Shown here one piece after another: positions 27,521 to 36,129 of a stretch of 64,000 bases of DNA. Within the stretch, counting starts at the first letter, position 1; each line of letters begins with the position of its first letter. Below the pieces are notes generated by a model. The model ran no database searches. It saw only the letters and a program-made list of their open reading frames with translations, and was not told the origin of the DNA. A program made the position numbers and the translations under genes. The stretch is from Bacteroidota bacterium (GTDB lineage Bacteria; Bacillota; UBA4882; JAAYXC01), in NCBI GenBank assembly GCA_050260415.1, contig JBLNCE010000055.1, positions 29,621 to 93,620 of the forward strand, in the 5' to 3' direction.

Positions 27521-28933
27521 ATGCCGCAACCGGGGATCCTGTTCATGCCCCATGGAAACCTGCAGTATTCGCAACTGCACCCGTCCAAGCGGGGCTGGGT
27601 GATCGCGGAATCATACGAGCGGATCTTCGACATCGCGCTGCGGCTGGGCGTGAAGATCGCCTTTGAGGCTTCCGGCGAAACGCTCGCGATCATGGCCGCC
27701 GAGCGTCCCGACGTCCTCAAGAAACTTAGACTTGGCATCAGGGAAGGGCGGATCGAACCGGTCGGCTCGCCCCAGGTCCATATCATGCTCGCAAATATCG
27801 ATCCCGAGATCGGCCTTGGTTCGTTGATCGACGGTCTGGACACCTGGGAAAAGCTCACCGGCGTCAGGCCGGTCACCGGCTGGAATCCGGAGTGCAGTTG
27901 GGCCTCGTTTATCCCCGATATCTTCCACGCGGCCGGTTACGAGATCCTGATCGCCGACGCGGATTCGTATCTCTTATCCGTCGTGCTGGGGTTGCGTGAG
28001 GCGACCGGGCTCGCCTTCGACGTCCGCGGCCATAGCAACAAGAACGCCCTGTTCGCCATGGAACGGGAGATCGCGGATAAACCCGAGGTCTTGCAAGTGC
28101 TATTCCGGCCTAATCTGCTCGCCAACGGGCTGAAGGTAATCCTGCGATCGGACATGCTCTGCAACATCTTGCTCTGGTATCTCATGGGCGCCACCGAGGG
28201 GAACCGGACCGAACCGATTAAAACTTGGGAGGTGGAGGCCCTCCTGTCCCGTTGGCGGGACCGGATCCCCGGCGGGGACGGTTTCCTGATGCCGTATGCC
28301 GAGGATGCCGAGTACGTGGGCACCACCGCTTATTTCTATGTCAAGCAGTTCGGGCAGGCCCGCTTCTTCGAACCGGCGCCCGAGAGCGCGATCCGTTTCG
28401 AGGAGATCCTTCGCTTCTCTCTCGATCTGGGTTTTTCCCCCATGACACCGCGGGAGGCCGCGGCAAAGTATGCGCCGATTCCCGGCAAAGGGTTCGAGGG
28501 CGTCGAAAACGGCTGCGCCTGGCACGGCGGCACCGCCAAGGCTTGGGGCAATACGGTCTATGCACGGATTCTGGACCCGGTCTGCCGCGGTATTTTCGAG
28601 GGTCTCAAGGCGGTGGCGTCGGCGCTGGGGGTCCAGGAACCGCGCGCGGAACCGGACTTCCATGGCGTGTTAAGCCAGATCACGGCCGCCTATGTCAGCG
28701 ACGCCCGCTGGCCGCCGGCGCCCACCTCGCCCGGCCGGTTCAATGTCGAGGAGGCCTTGCGCGCACTCGAGCGGGCCAACGCATCCTTGGCCAAACTCAT
28801 GAAAGAGCGGGGCCTGGAGCGGATGAAAGGACTCTACTCGCCCGGCATCATGGCCTCGCAGATTGCCGCCATCCGCGATGAGTTAATGTCGCTGCCTTAT
28901 TTTGAGGAGCAAAACGGGAGCATGCGCAAATGA
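27521..28933 (+). CDS. Glycoside hydrolase family 57-like protein
   Basis: HGNLQY, IEPVGSPQVH, GWNPECSW (nucleophile Glu), YAEDAEY (acid/base Asp), VSDARW. Confidence 0.75.
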   Translation: MPQPGILFMPHGNLQYSQLHPSKRGWVIAESYERIFDIALRLGVKIAFEASGETLAIMAAERPDVLKKLRLGIREGRIEPVGSPQVHIMLANIDPEIGLGSLIDGLDTWEKLTGVRPVTGWNPECSWASFIPDIFHAAGYEILIADADSYLLSVVLGLREATGLAFDVRGHSNKNALFAMEREIADKPEVLQVLFRPNLLANGLKVILRSDMLCNILLWYLMGATEGNRTEPIKTWEVEALLSRWRDRIPGGDGFLMPYAEDAEYVGTTAYFYVKQFGQARFFEPAPESAIRFEEILRFSLDLGFSPMTPREAAAKYAPIPGKGFEGVENGCAWHGGTAKAWGNTVYARILDPVCRGIFEGLKAVASALGVQEPRAEPDFHGVLSQITAAYVSDARWPPAPTSPGRFNVEEALRALERANASLAKLMKERGLERMKGLYSPGIMASQIAAIRDELMSLPYFEEQNGSMRK

Positions 28934-30384
28934 ACCAGTACAAACGCCCCAATATCCTCATCTTCATGACCGACCAGGAACAGGCGCAGGTAACCCTGTC
29001 CGGCCATCCCTGTCTCACGCCGACCCTCGACCGGGTGGCCCGGGAGGGGATCCGGTTCACCTCCGCCTACCCCCCGATGGCCCACTGCTGCCCGTCCAGG
29101 GCGTCTTTCATGACCGGGCTTTACCCGTCGCAGCACGGGATCCATAACAACGTCCTCAACGAACAGGCCATCGGCCGCTCCCTCCGGCCCGGAGTGCGGA
29201 CTTTCTCCGAGATGCTGAGGCAAGCCGGCTATCGAATGTTCTTCAGCGGCAAATGGCATGTCTCGGCCACCGAAACACCGGCGGACAGGGGTTGGGAGGA
29301 ACTGCACGTCACCGCGAGCATCCATGAATATCACGGGAGCCGCCGCGACACGTTCAAAGCGATGGACTACCGTCAGACGGAAACGCCTCGCAAGCGGGGT
29401 GAATTGCGGCGTCCGGGATGGGGGCCGCGTCCGCTTTACGGGACGGCGGCGCACGGCTATGCCGAGGACGGCGACTACATCGTGGTCAAAAAGGCCGTGG
29501 ACCGGTTGGCGCGGCTCAAAGAGAGCCCGGATCCATGGTGCATGTATGTGGGGGTCAAGGGTCCGCACGATCCGTTCGTGGTCCCGGAAAAGTACGCTCG
29601 GATGTACGATCCCGGGGAAATCCCGCTGCCGCCCAATTATCACGACGATCTGCGGGACAAGCCGGCCGTCTACCGGCGGATGCGAAAGGTCTTCAGCCAG
29701 CTGACCGAGGACGAAGTCAAGGAATCCATCGCTCACTACTGGGGATATTGCAGCATGATGGACGATCTCTTCAGCGAAGTTTTGACCGCCCTGGAAGACA
29801 GCGGGCAGAAGGACGACACGCTGGTGATCTTCCTCTCCGACCACGGGGAGCATTGCGGCGCCCATGGTTTGTACGCCAAGGGCCTCAGTGCTTTCGACGA
29901 GGGTTACCGGGTCCCCTGCGTCATGCGCTGGCCCGCTTTCATCGATAGCCCCGGCCGCTCGGTCGACGCCTTTGTAACGTTGATGGACATCGCGCCGACA
30001 CTGATCGAGATCGCGGGAGCGGAGAAGCTCCCCGCATGCGCCGGGGAAAGCCTGGTTCCGTTCCTGGCGGGGGAAATGCCTGGCAAGTGGCGGGAAGAAA
30101 TCTTTGCCCAGTGCAACGGGGTCGAGGTCTACCACACCAGCCGAATGATACGCACCAAGGAGTACAAGTTCGTTTACCATCCCACCGATATCGACGAATT
30201 GTACGATCTGGAGCACGATCCCCACGAACTACATAATCTTGCCGACCGACCGGAAGCCGCCCCGATTAAGGAAGAACTCTATCGATTGATGTGGGAGAAC
30301 GCCTTTAGATACGAAGACACCATCTTCAATCCATACCTGACCGTCGCCACGGCTGACTTTGGCCCGGCCCTGGTGAACAAGTGA
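28930..30384 (+). CDS. Formylglycine-dependent sulfatase (S1), cytoplasmic
   Basis: PNILIFMTDQ, CCPSR, GKWH, PHDP, SDHG, ELYDL..DP.E; overlaps the GH57 stop codon. Confidence 0.93.
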   Translation: MNQYKRPNILIFMTDQEQAQVTLSGHPCLTPTLDRVAREGIRFTSAYPPMAHCCPSRASFMTGLYPSQHGIHNNVLNEQAIGRSLRPGVRTFSEMLRQAGYRMFFSGKWHVSATETPADRGWEELHVTASIHEYHGSRRDTFKAMDYRQTETPRKRGELRRPGWGPRPLYGTAAHGYAEDGDYIVVKKAVDRLARLKESPDPWCMYVGVKGPHDPFVVPEKYARMYDPGEIPLPPNYHDDLRDKPAVYRRMRKVFSQLTEDEVKESIAHYWGYCSMMDDLFSEVLTALEDSGQKDDTLVIFLSDHGEHCGAHGLYAKGLSAFDEGYRVPCVMRWPAFIDSPGRSVDAFVTLMDIAPTLIEIAGAEKLPACAGESLVPFLAGEMPGKWREEIFAQCNGVEVYHTSRMIRTKEYKFVYHPTDIDELYDLEHDPHELHNLADRPEAAPIKEELYRLMWENAFRYEDTIFNPYLTVATADFGPALVNK

Positions 30385-30438
30385 GTCCGCTCCCGGGACG
30401 GGGGCTGGTTCCAAAATGGCGGAAAGGGGAGACTTGAA

Positions 30439-32676
30439 TTGAGAAAGAGATCCCTGGCCTGGTTCACGGTGCTCTCCATCCTCTGGCTTCTCGGTCAACT
30501 GTGTCTGGCCACCCAGGATACCTCTGCGGCCGGTGTGTCCTATTCCTTTGAACTCAGCGGCTACGACGGCGGCGGTAATCAGAGTTGCGTCGCCGTCGAT
30601 CCGTTCCATGCCGGCGTGGTGCTTGACGGGGCCGACATCTCCGGGTTTTACCGTTCCACGAACCATGGAAACGATTGGGCTTCGGCCAACGACCACGCCC
30701 CCGGCAGTCCCCTGCTCTTTACCATCAAGAGCGATTATAAGGTAGCCTCGATCGCATTCTCAAAAAAGACCCCGAACAAAGTGTACGCCGCAGTCGGCAA
30801 CCGGGGCGCGGATGGGCGGTTCTTGGTATCCACGGACGGGGGAGAGTCCTGGGAGGCCAGGTCGGACGTACCGCATTTTTCGGGCGGTAATACGAACGCC
30901 CCCGACAAACTGCCCAACCCGCATCCCCGCTCCACCGGCAACCTGATTGCCCTCGATGAAACGAACGGCTTCATCTACGTCGCCACCTACAAAGACGGGG
31001 TCATGCGTTCATCCGATGACGGAAGGACATGGAAGACGATCGGACTGGAAGGCAAGTTTCTCCGCAGCTTGGCGAGGGATGATCAGAACCCCGACATCGT
31101 TTATGCCTGCGCCTATGGGAATGGTGTTTGGAAAACCACCGACGCGCGCGGTTCCGGGACATTCGCCAAGTTGGCCAACTCCCCGAAGACGGCCGAAGAA
31201 CTCATCGTGATCGATCGTCAACTGTACGCGGCCGCCGCGGGTGAAGGTATCTGGAAATCGACCGACGGTGGGCAGACATGGACGGTGAAGTATGCTCCGG
31301 TCAATCCCGACGCGGAGATTAGCTGGTGTTCAATTGACGGTTACGCCGGGGAGAAGGGTCACGTGCTCTATGCCGGCGCTTGGCGGCCCGTGAAAAATGC
31401 TAAAAATCCGACCATGTACGAGAGTATCGTCCGCAGCACCGACGGGGGGGAGAAATGGCAACCGATCACCGTCGACCCCGCAAAGGTGCATTTCACCATG
31501 GGGGGACCGGGGGGCGATCTGTGGTGGCATTCCCAGGGCGAGATCGGCGAATTCACCATGATCGGCAAGGAGCGGTACATCCCCACGTACCTGGCGATCG
31601 ACCCCCTGGATAAATCCCGGCTGTACGCCGCGGGGCGGGCCGGGGTATGGCGGACCGATAACGCCCTGGCCGATTCCCCCGATTGGTACCCGGCGGTGCA
31701 TAAAATGAATACCACCATCAACAAGGAAATCGCGGTCGATCCGAAGCAGCCCAACCGGGTTTTCGTGACCGACGTCGATTGGGTCTTCGTCTACTCCAAC
31801 GACCAGATGAAGCACATCTGGATGAACCGCCCCGCGGACTTGCTGCTGGGGACGGACATCGAAGTCGATCCCGCCACGACGCCTTCCCGGGTCTTCTTGG
31901 GGGTCGGCGCGGACAAACAGAACAGCAACGGTGAGATCATATCCATCATCGATCCGTCGGACCCCAAATCGACCTGGAAAGATGAAGGTTTGTCGGACTG
32001 CACCGGCGGGAAGCGTCCGTTGGGCATCGCGCTGGGGCAGGAGAAGGATGGGTCGCCCGTCCTCCTGGCGGCGGTCGAGGACAGCGGCATCTGGCGCCGC
32101 GCGGCCGGCGTCTGGACCAGGGTATGCGACAAGGCGATGCCCCCGCAAAAGACGCTCTTTGCCTCCTTTGCCTGGGCGCCCGGGTCCCAGTTCGTTTACT
32201 TGTACGACCGCGAAACCGGCGTCTGGCGGTCCGCCGACCGCGGTTTGACCTGGAGCAAGATCTGGGACCAACCCTCTTCACAGGAAGCCACCGGGTATCT
32301 CGCTCTTGACCCCAAGAACAGCAAGTTGTACGTCTCGACCGTCAAGGGGCTTTATGTGTTGGAGAACCCGGAAGGCGCGGTCAATCCCGTCCTCGTCAAG
32401 GAAGTCTTGGATCCGGGGCCGATTGCTTTTGCCGGCGGTTCGGTATACGTAACGACCCGGATGACCGTCAAACCCGGGGAAGAAAGACTATCAAACCCAA
32501 GGCCGGAAGCCTGTCTCCTGCGCTCCGCCGACGGCGGTAAGACTTGGGTCAATATCGCCGACAAGACTTACCGTTCCGCGGCCGGCTTGCCCCAGGGCAT
32601 CGCGGTTGCCCCCGACGGGCGCGTCTATGTCTCCATGGACGGCACGGGCGTTATCGTCGGTACACCGTCGAAATAA
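30439..32676 (+). CDS. Secreted BNR/Asp-box beta-propeller protein (GH74-like architecture)
   Basis: Signal peptide; many S.D.G.TW Asp boxes; GGG...VDPF...GADISGFYRS. Confidence 0.8.
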   Translation: MRKRSLAWFTVLSILWLLGQLCLATQDTSAAGVSYSFELSGYDGGGNQSCVAVDPFHAGVVLDGADISGFYRSTNHGNDWASANDHAPGSPLLFTIKSDYKVASIAFSKKTPNKVYAAVGNRGADGRFLVSTDGGESWEARSDVPHFSGGNTNAPDKLPNPHPRSTGNLIALDETNGFIYVATYKDGVMRSSDDGRTWKTIGLEGKFLRSLARDDQNPDIVYACAYGNGVWKTTDARGSGTFAKLANSPKTAEELIVIDRQLYAAAAGEGIWKSTDGGQTWTVKYAPVNPDAEISWCSIDGYAGEKGHVLYAGAWRPVKNAKNPTMYESIVRSTDGGEKWQPITVDPAKVHFTMGGPGGDLWWHSQGEIGEFTMIGKERYIPTYLAIDPLDKSRLYAAGRAGVWRTDNALADSPDWYPAVHKMNTTINKEIAVDPKQPNRVFVTDVDWVFVYSNDQMKHIWMNRPADLLLGTDIEVDPATTPSRVFLGVGADKQNSNGEIISIIDPSDPKSTWKDEGLSDCTGGKRPLGIALGQEKDGSPVLLAAVEDSGIWRRAAGVWTRVCDKAMPPQKTLFASFAWAPGSQFVYLYDRETGVWRSADRGLTWSKIWDQPSSQEATGYLALDPKNSKLYVSTVKGLYVLENPEGAVNPVLVKEVLDPGPIAFAGGSVYVTTRMTVKPGEERLSNPRPEACLLRSADGGKTWVNIADKTYRSAAGLPQGIAVAPDGRVYVSMDGTGVIVGTPSK

Positions 32677-32929
32677 CCGCCAAGCGCGGCTTTGTGCTGA
32701 TCCGCGAATCATGCGTGGTATCGGGACGGCATCTTATGGAACGCACCAAATCAAAAGCTTGTGGGCGTCGGAGACACGCGATATAACCGCGTTTTTCCGC
32801 CCCTGACATCTTTCGGACTAGGTGCGTTCCATAATGATGGCCAAGGCGACTTTCGCGATAGTGAATTAGTTGCCATAAATACCAGATTATTGAAAGTAGT
32901 CTTTCTATTTCTAGACAACCCTCGACCTC

Positions 32930-32990
32930 TTAAGAGCGGTGTGAAAAACCCGATCTTAACCACGAAACACGCGAAATACACGAAAAATAG
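32930..32990 (+). repeat. MITE-like left end plus 9-mer repeats
   Basis: GAGCGGTGTGAAAAACC (as in family A) followed by CACGAAACACGCGAAATACACGAAA. Confidence 0.5.
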
Positions 32991-33127
32991 ACGATTCGGT
33001 CTGATTTGTTTCATAGTCGTTCCGACTTTATGAATAAAGGAGATGAGGACAAAAGAATCCAGAATTTAAATTAACGTGGCCCATTATTACTTTAGTTACA
33101 AAATCTAAAAAGAAGAAAGGGTGAAAA

Positions 33128-35857
33128 ATGGTGACCATAAGACGAATTATGGGGGTAGCAGTACTTATCGCTCTTGGCCTCTTTTTGTTCGCGACAGTTG
33201 CGACAGGCGCCACCAACACCTTCAATCCCGCGGCGGACGCTTATGTCATGAGTGAAAACCCAACCACAAACTATGGTACGGCGGATGTCGAGATCATCAA
33301 AGGCGCCGGGGGAACCCTCAAGCGTGAAGCCTATATTCGCTTTGACCTTAGCGGCCTGGGAGCAAGCAGCGTCACCGGCGCAACGCTCAAGCTCTACGCG
33401 ACCAACCTGCCAAACGGAGGCACGCCCGGCGTAAAGGTTATGTCAGTCAACGCGGATACATGGACGGAGACCGGAATCATCTGGAACAACAAGCCCGCTT
33501 ACAACGGTACGCCGCTCCATACGGTGACTATTAGCGCCATTAACACTTGGTACAGCTTCGATATTACCTCTTTGGTAAACAGCAGCCTGGCAACTGGTGA
33601 CAAGCAGATCTCGCTGGCTCTCATCGGCTTGAGCACCGAGAATCTTTCCATCCAGTTCAGCAGCAGAGAAGCGGCCAGCAACATACCTGTGCTGGAAGTA
33701 ACGACCAGCGATTCATCAACGCCGACACCAACACCAACACCGACCCCGACCCCGACCCCAACTCCAACTCCAACATCTACTCCGGGGGGAGCGAGCACTT
33801 TCAATCCCGCGGCGGACGCGTATGTCATGAGTGAAAATCCAACCAAAAACTATGGCACGGCTAATGTCGAGATCGTCAAAGGCGCCGGGGGAACCCTCCA
33901 GCGTGAAGCCTATATTCGCTTTGACCTTAGCAGCCTGGCGGTAAGCAATGTTACCAGCGCAACCTTCAAGCTCTATGCCTCTAACCTGCCAAACGGAGGC
34001 ACACCCGGCGTAAGAGTCATGTCCGTCAACTCGGATGCCTGGACGGAAACCGGAATCACCTGGGACAACAAGCCCGTCTATAACGGTACGCCGCTCTATA
34101 CCGCGACTATTATCGCCATCAATACTTGGTACAACTTCGATCTCACCGCGTGGGTAAACAGCAACCTGGCATCGGGTGACAAGCAGATCTCGCTGGCACT
34201 CGTCGGCTTGAACACCGAAAATCTATCCATCCAGTTCAGCAGCAGAGAAGCGGCCAGCAATAGGCCCGTGCTTGAAGTGACGACGGCAAGCAGCGTTACA
34301 CCTACGCCCACCCCTACTCCGACACCGACGGTAACACCGACGCCGACCCCGACATCGACCCCGACACCTACCCCGACAACCACGCCAAGCGGTGGCTGGG
34401 TATGGGAAGCCGGCGGCGCCCATGGGGGCGGGTTCGGCCAGGTCATCGCGGCCGATCCATTCCATCCCGGCTATGCCACGCTCGGCGGCGACAGCTGGGG
34501 CGTCTACAACACCAAGAATTACGGCAATCAATGGGATGCCGCCACGAAGTACTGCGAGGATCAGCCGGGAGACTTCTTCTTCATGGGTCTGGCCTATTCG
34601 ATCAAGTATCCCGGCCGCGTCTATGGCTTGACCGGAAAACTGGAAAATCCGGGCGCCGGCGGTTTCGTCTACATCTTGGGTAACACATACAATTTGATCA
34701 CCCGTGATGTCAACGGCGGTGAGAACGCGAACGCCGGCCCCAGGACCGACCGTCCGCGCTGCACCGGCAACAGGGTGGTACTCGACTACGACAGCGCGAG
34801 CGGCATCGAGTACATCTACGTGGCGACCGGCGCGGGCGGCGGCGTCAAACGCACGACTGACGCCGGCAACACCTGGACCGTAATCGGCATGAGCGGTTAC
34901 GACCAGGGTATCACGGGTATGGCCCTTGACCCGAACGATAAAACCGTGCTCTATGTGGGCACCCATACCGGCGCTTATAAGCTAACGGGCATCCGCGGCG
35001 CAAACCCATCGCAGACGACGCTGAGCGCGGCGCCGGCGCGGGTCGAGGAGATGGCAACGATCGGCAATAACGTCTATGCCGCCTGCCACTCCCACGGCGT
35101 CTACAAGGTGACAAACGGCGGGAACACCTGGACCAAACTGGGCGGAAGCTTCTTCCCTGCCACTTCTTGGTGGTCCGCGGTAGGTGGCACCGGTAACACT
35201 GTCTATGTCGGCGGCGGAGATCCGGAAGAGGGTAAATCGATCGCCAAATCGACCGATGCCGGTCAAACATGGCGATGGGTAACGGATGTGCCCAACAAGA
35301 TCAGTACGGTGATCTGGGGCGCCAACCAGGAATGGTGGCTGGCCGCCTACGTGCCGCGCATCATTCCGGGGGTCGGCGGCGGTACTTTCGAATCCGGGCA
35401 AATCGCGGTAGACCACTTTAATCCCAATATCGTTTATATCGCCGGCCGTTCAGGGGGTTGGAAGTCCGAGGATGGAGGAGATACATGGCGTCCGATGGTC
35501 AACCATCTCGGCGGTACGATGCACACCAACATCGGCGCCCAAGCGGGAGGCAATGTCGGGACCGAGTGCCTGGACTGGGTGGGCACCCATTCATCCGACC
35601 ATTATTTTACCATCACGCAGTCGTCCACCCCGGGCAGCTTGGGGTCCGTAACCTTGGATCTGACCAAGAACGGGCACCGCTACCAGATAATCATGTCCGT
35701 GCCGAGGGACATCCTACTGGACGGCAAGAGTATCGCGGATGAATTCTTCCGCGCCGCCTGCGTCCGGGCGCAGGACATTGATGTCTCCGACGACGGCAAT
35801 TACATCTACGTGGCCCAATACGGCGGCGGTGTACTGGTGGGGCACAAGACGCCCTAA
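33128..35857 (+). CDS. Secreted protein: 2x DNRLRE/CBM96-like domains, PT linkers, BNR beta-propeller
   Basis: ADAYV..ENPT.NYG, REAYIRFDLS, SATLKLY, W.E..ITW.NKP, FSSREA..PVLEV twice; C-terminal Asp boxes. Confidence 0.85.
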   Translation: MVTIRRIMGVAVLIALGLFLFATVATGATNTFNPAADAYVMSENPTTNYGTADVEIIKGAGGTLKREAYIRFDLSGLGASSVTGATLKLYATNLPNGGTPGVKVMSVNADTWTETGIIWNNKPAYNGTPLHTVTISAINTWYSFDITSLVNSSLATGDKQISLALIGLSTENLSIQFSSREAASNIPVLEVTTSDSSTPTPTPTPTPTPTPTPTPTSTPGGASTFNPAADAYVMSENPTKNYGTANVEIVKGAGGTLQREAYIRFDLSSLAVSNVTSATFKLYASNLPNGGTPGVRVMSVNSDAWTETGITWDNKPVYNGTPLYTATIIAINTWYNFDLTAWVNSNLASGDKQISLALVGLNTENLSIQFSSREAASNRPVLEVTTASSVTPTPTPTPTPTVTPTPTPTSTPTPTPTTTPSGGWVWEAGGAHGGGFGQVIAADPFHPGYATLGGDSWGVYNTKNYGNQWDAATKYCEDQPGDFFFMGLAYSIKYPGRVYGLTGKLENPGAGGFVYILGNTYNLITRDVNGGENANAGPRTDRPRCTGNRVVLDYDSASGIEYIYVATGAGGGVKRTTDAGNTWTVIGMSGYDQGITGMALDPNDKTVLYVGTHTGAYKLTGIRGANPSQTTLSAAPARVEEMATIGNNVYAACHSHGVYKVTNGGNTWTKLGGSFFPATSWWSAVGGTGNTVYVGGGDPEEGKSIAKSTDAGQTWRWVTDVPNKISTVIWGANQEWWLAAYVPRIIPGVGGGTFESGQIAVDHFNPNIVYIAGRSGGWKSEDGGDTWRPMVNHLGGTMHTNIGAQAGGNVGTECLDWVGTHSSDHYFTITQSSTPGSLGSVTLDLTKNGHRYQIIMSVPRDILLDGKSIADEFFRAACVRAQDIDVSDDGNYIYVAQYGGGVLVGHKTP

Positions 35858-35899
35858 GCGCGGTCACCGAACGGCTCCGGAGCCTTGTTTCCGTGGATC

Positions 35900-36012
35900 A
35901 AGGTTGGACCCTCTCCCCTTCGTTTCCCCTCCCCCGCGATCGCGGGGGAGGGGAAAGGGGTCAGGGTCTAGAGACATCAACACCAGGCCTTGCTGGGTTT
36001 TTCACCGCCTCT
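35900..36012 (+). repeat. Family-A palindromic miniature element, including right end
   Basis: CCCTCTCCCCTTCGTTTCCCCTCCCCCGCGATCGCGGGGGAGG...GGTTTTTCACCGCCTCT, complementary to the GTGAAAAACC left ends. Confidence 0.75.
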
Positions 36013-36129
36013 ATATGAAGACATAGCGGCCTTCATCATTGCCAGCTTAAAAGGGAGGAGTGATGCACGGCACGATTCCAACCTGAAAGCCCTTGGTCTC
36101 GAACTTGCAGAGAAGAAAGGGTGAAAAAC

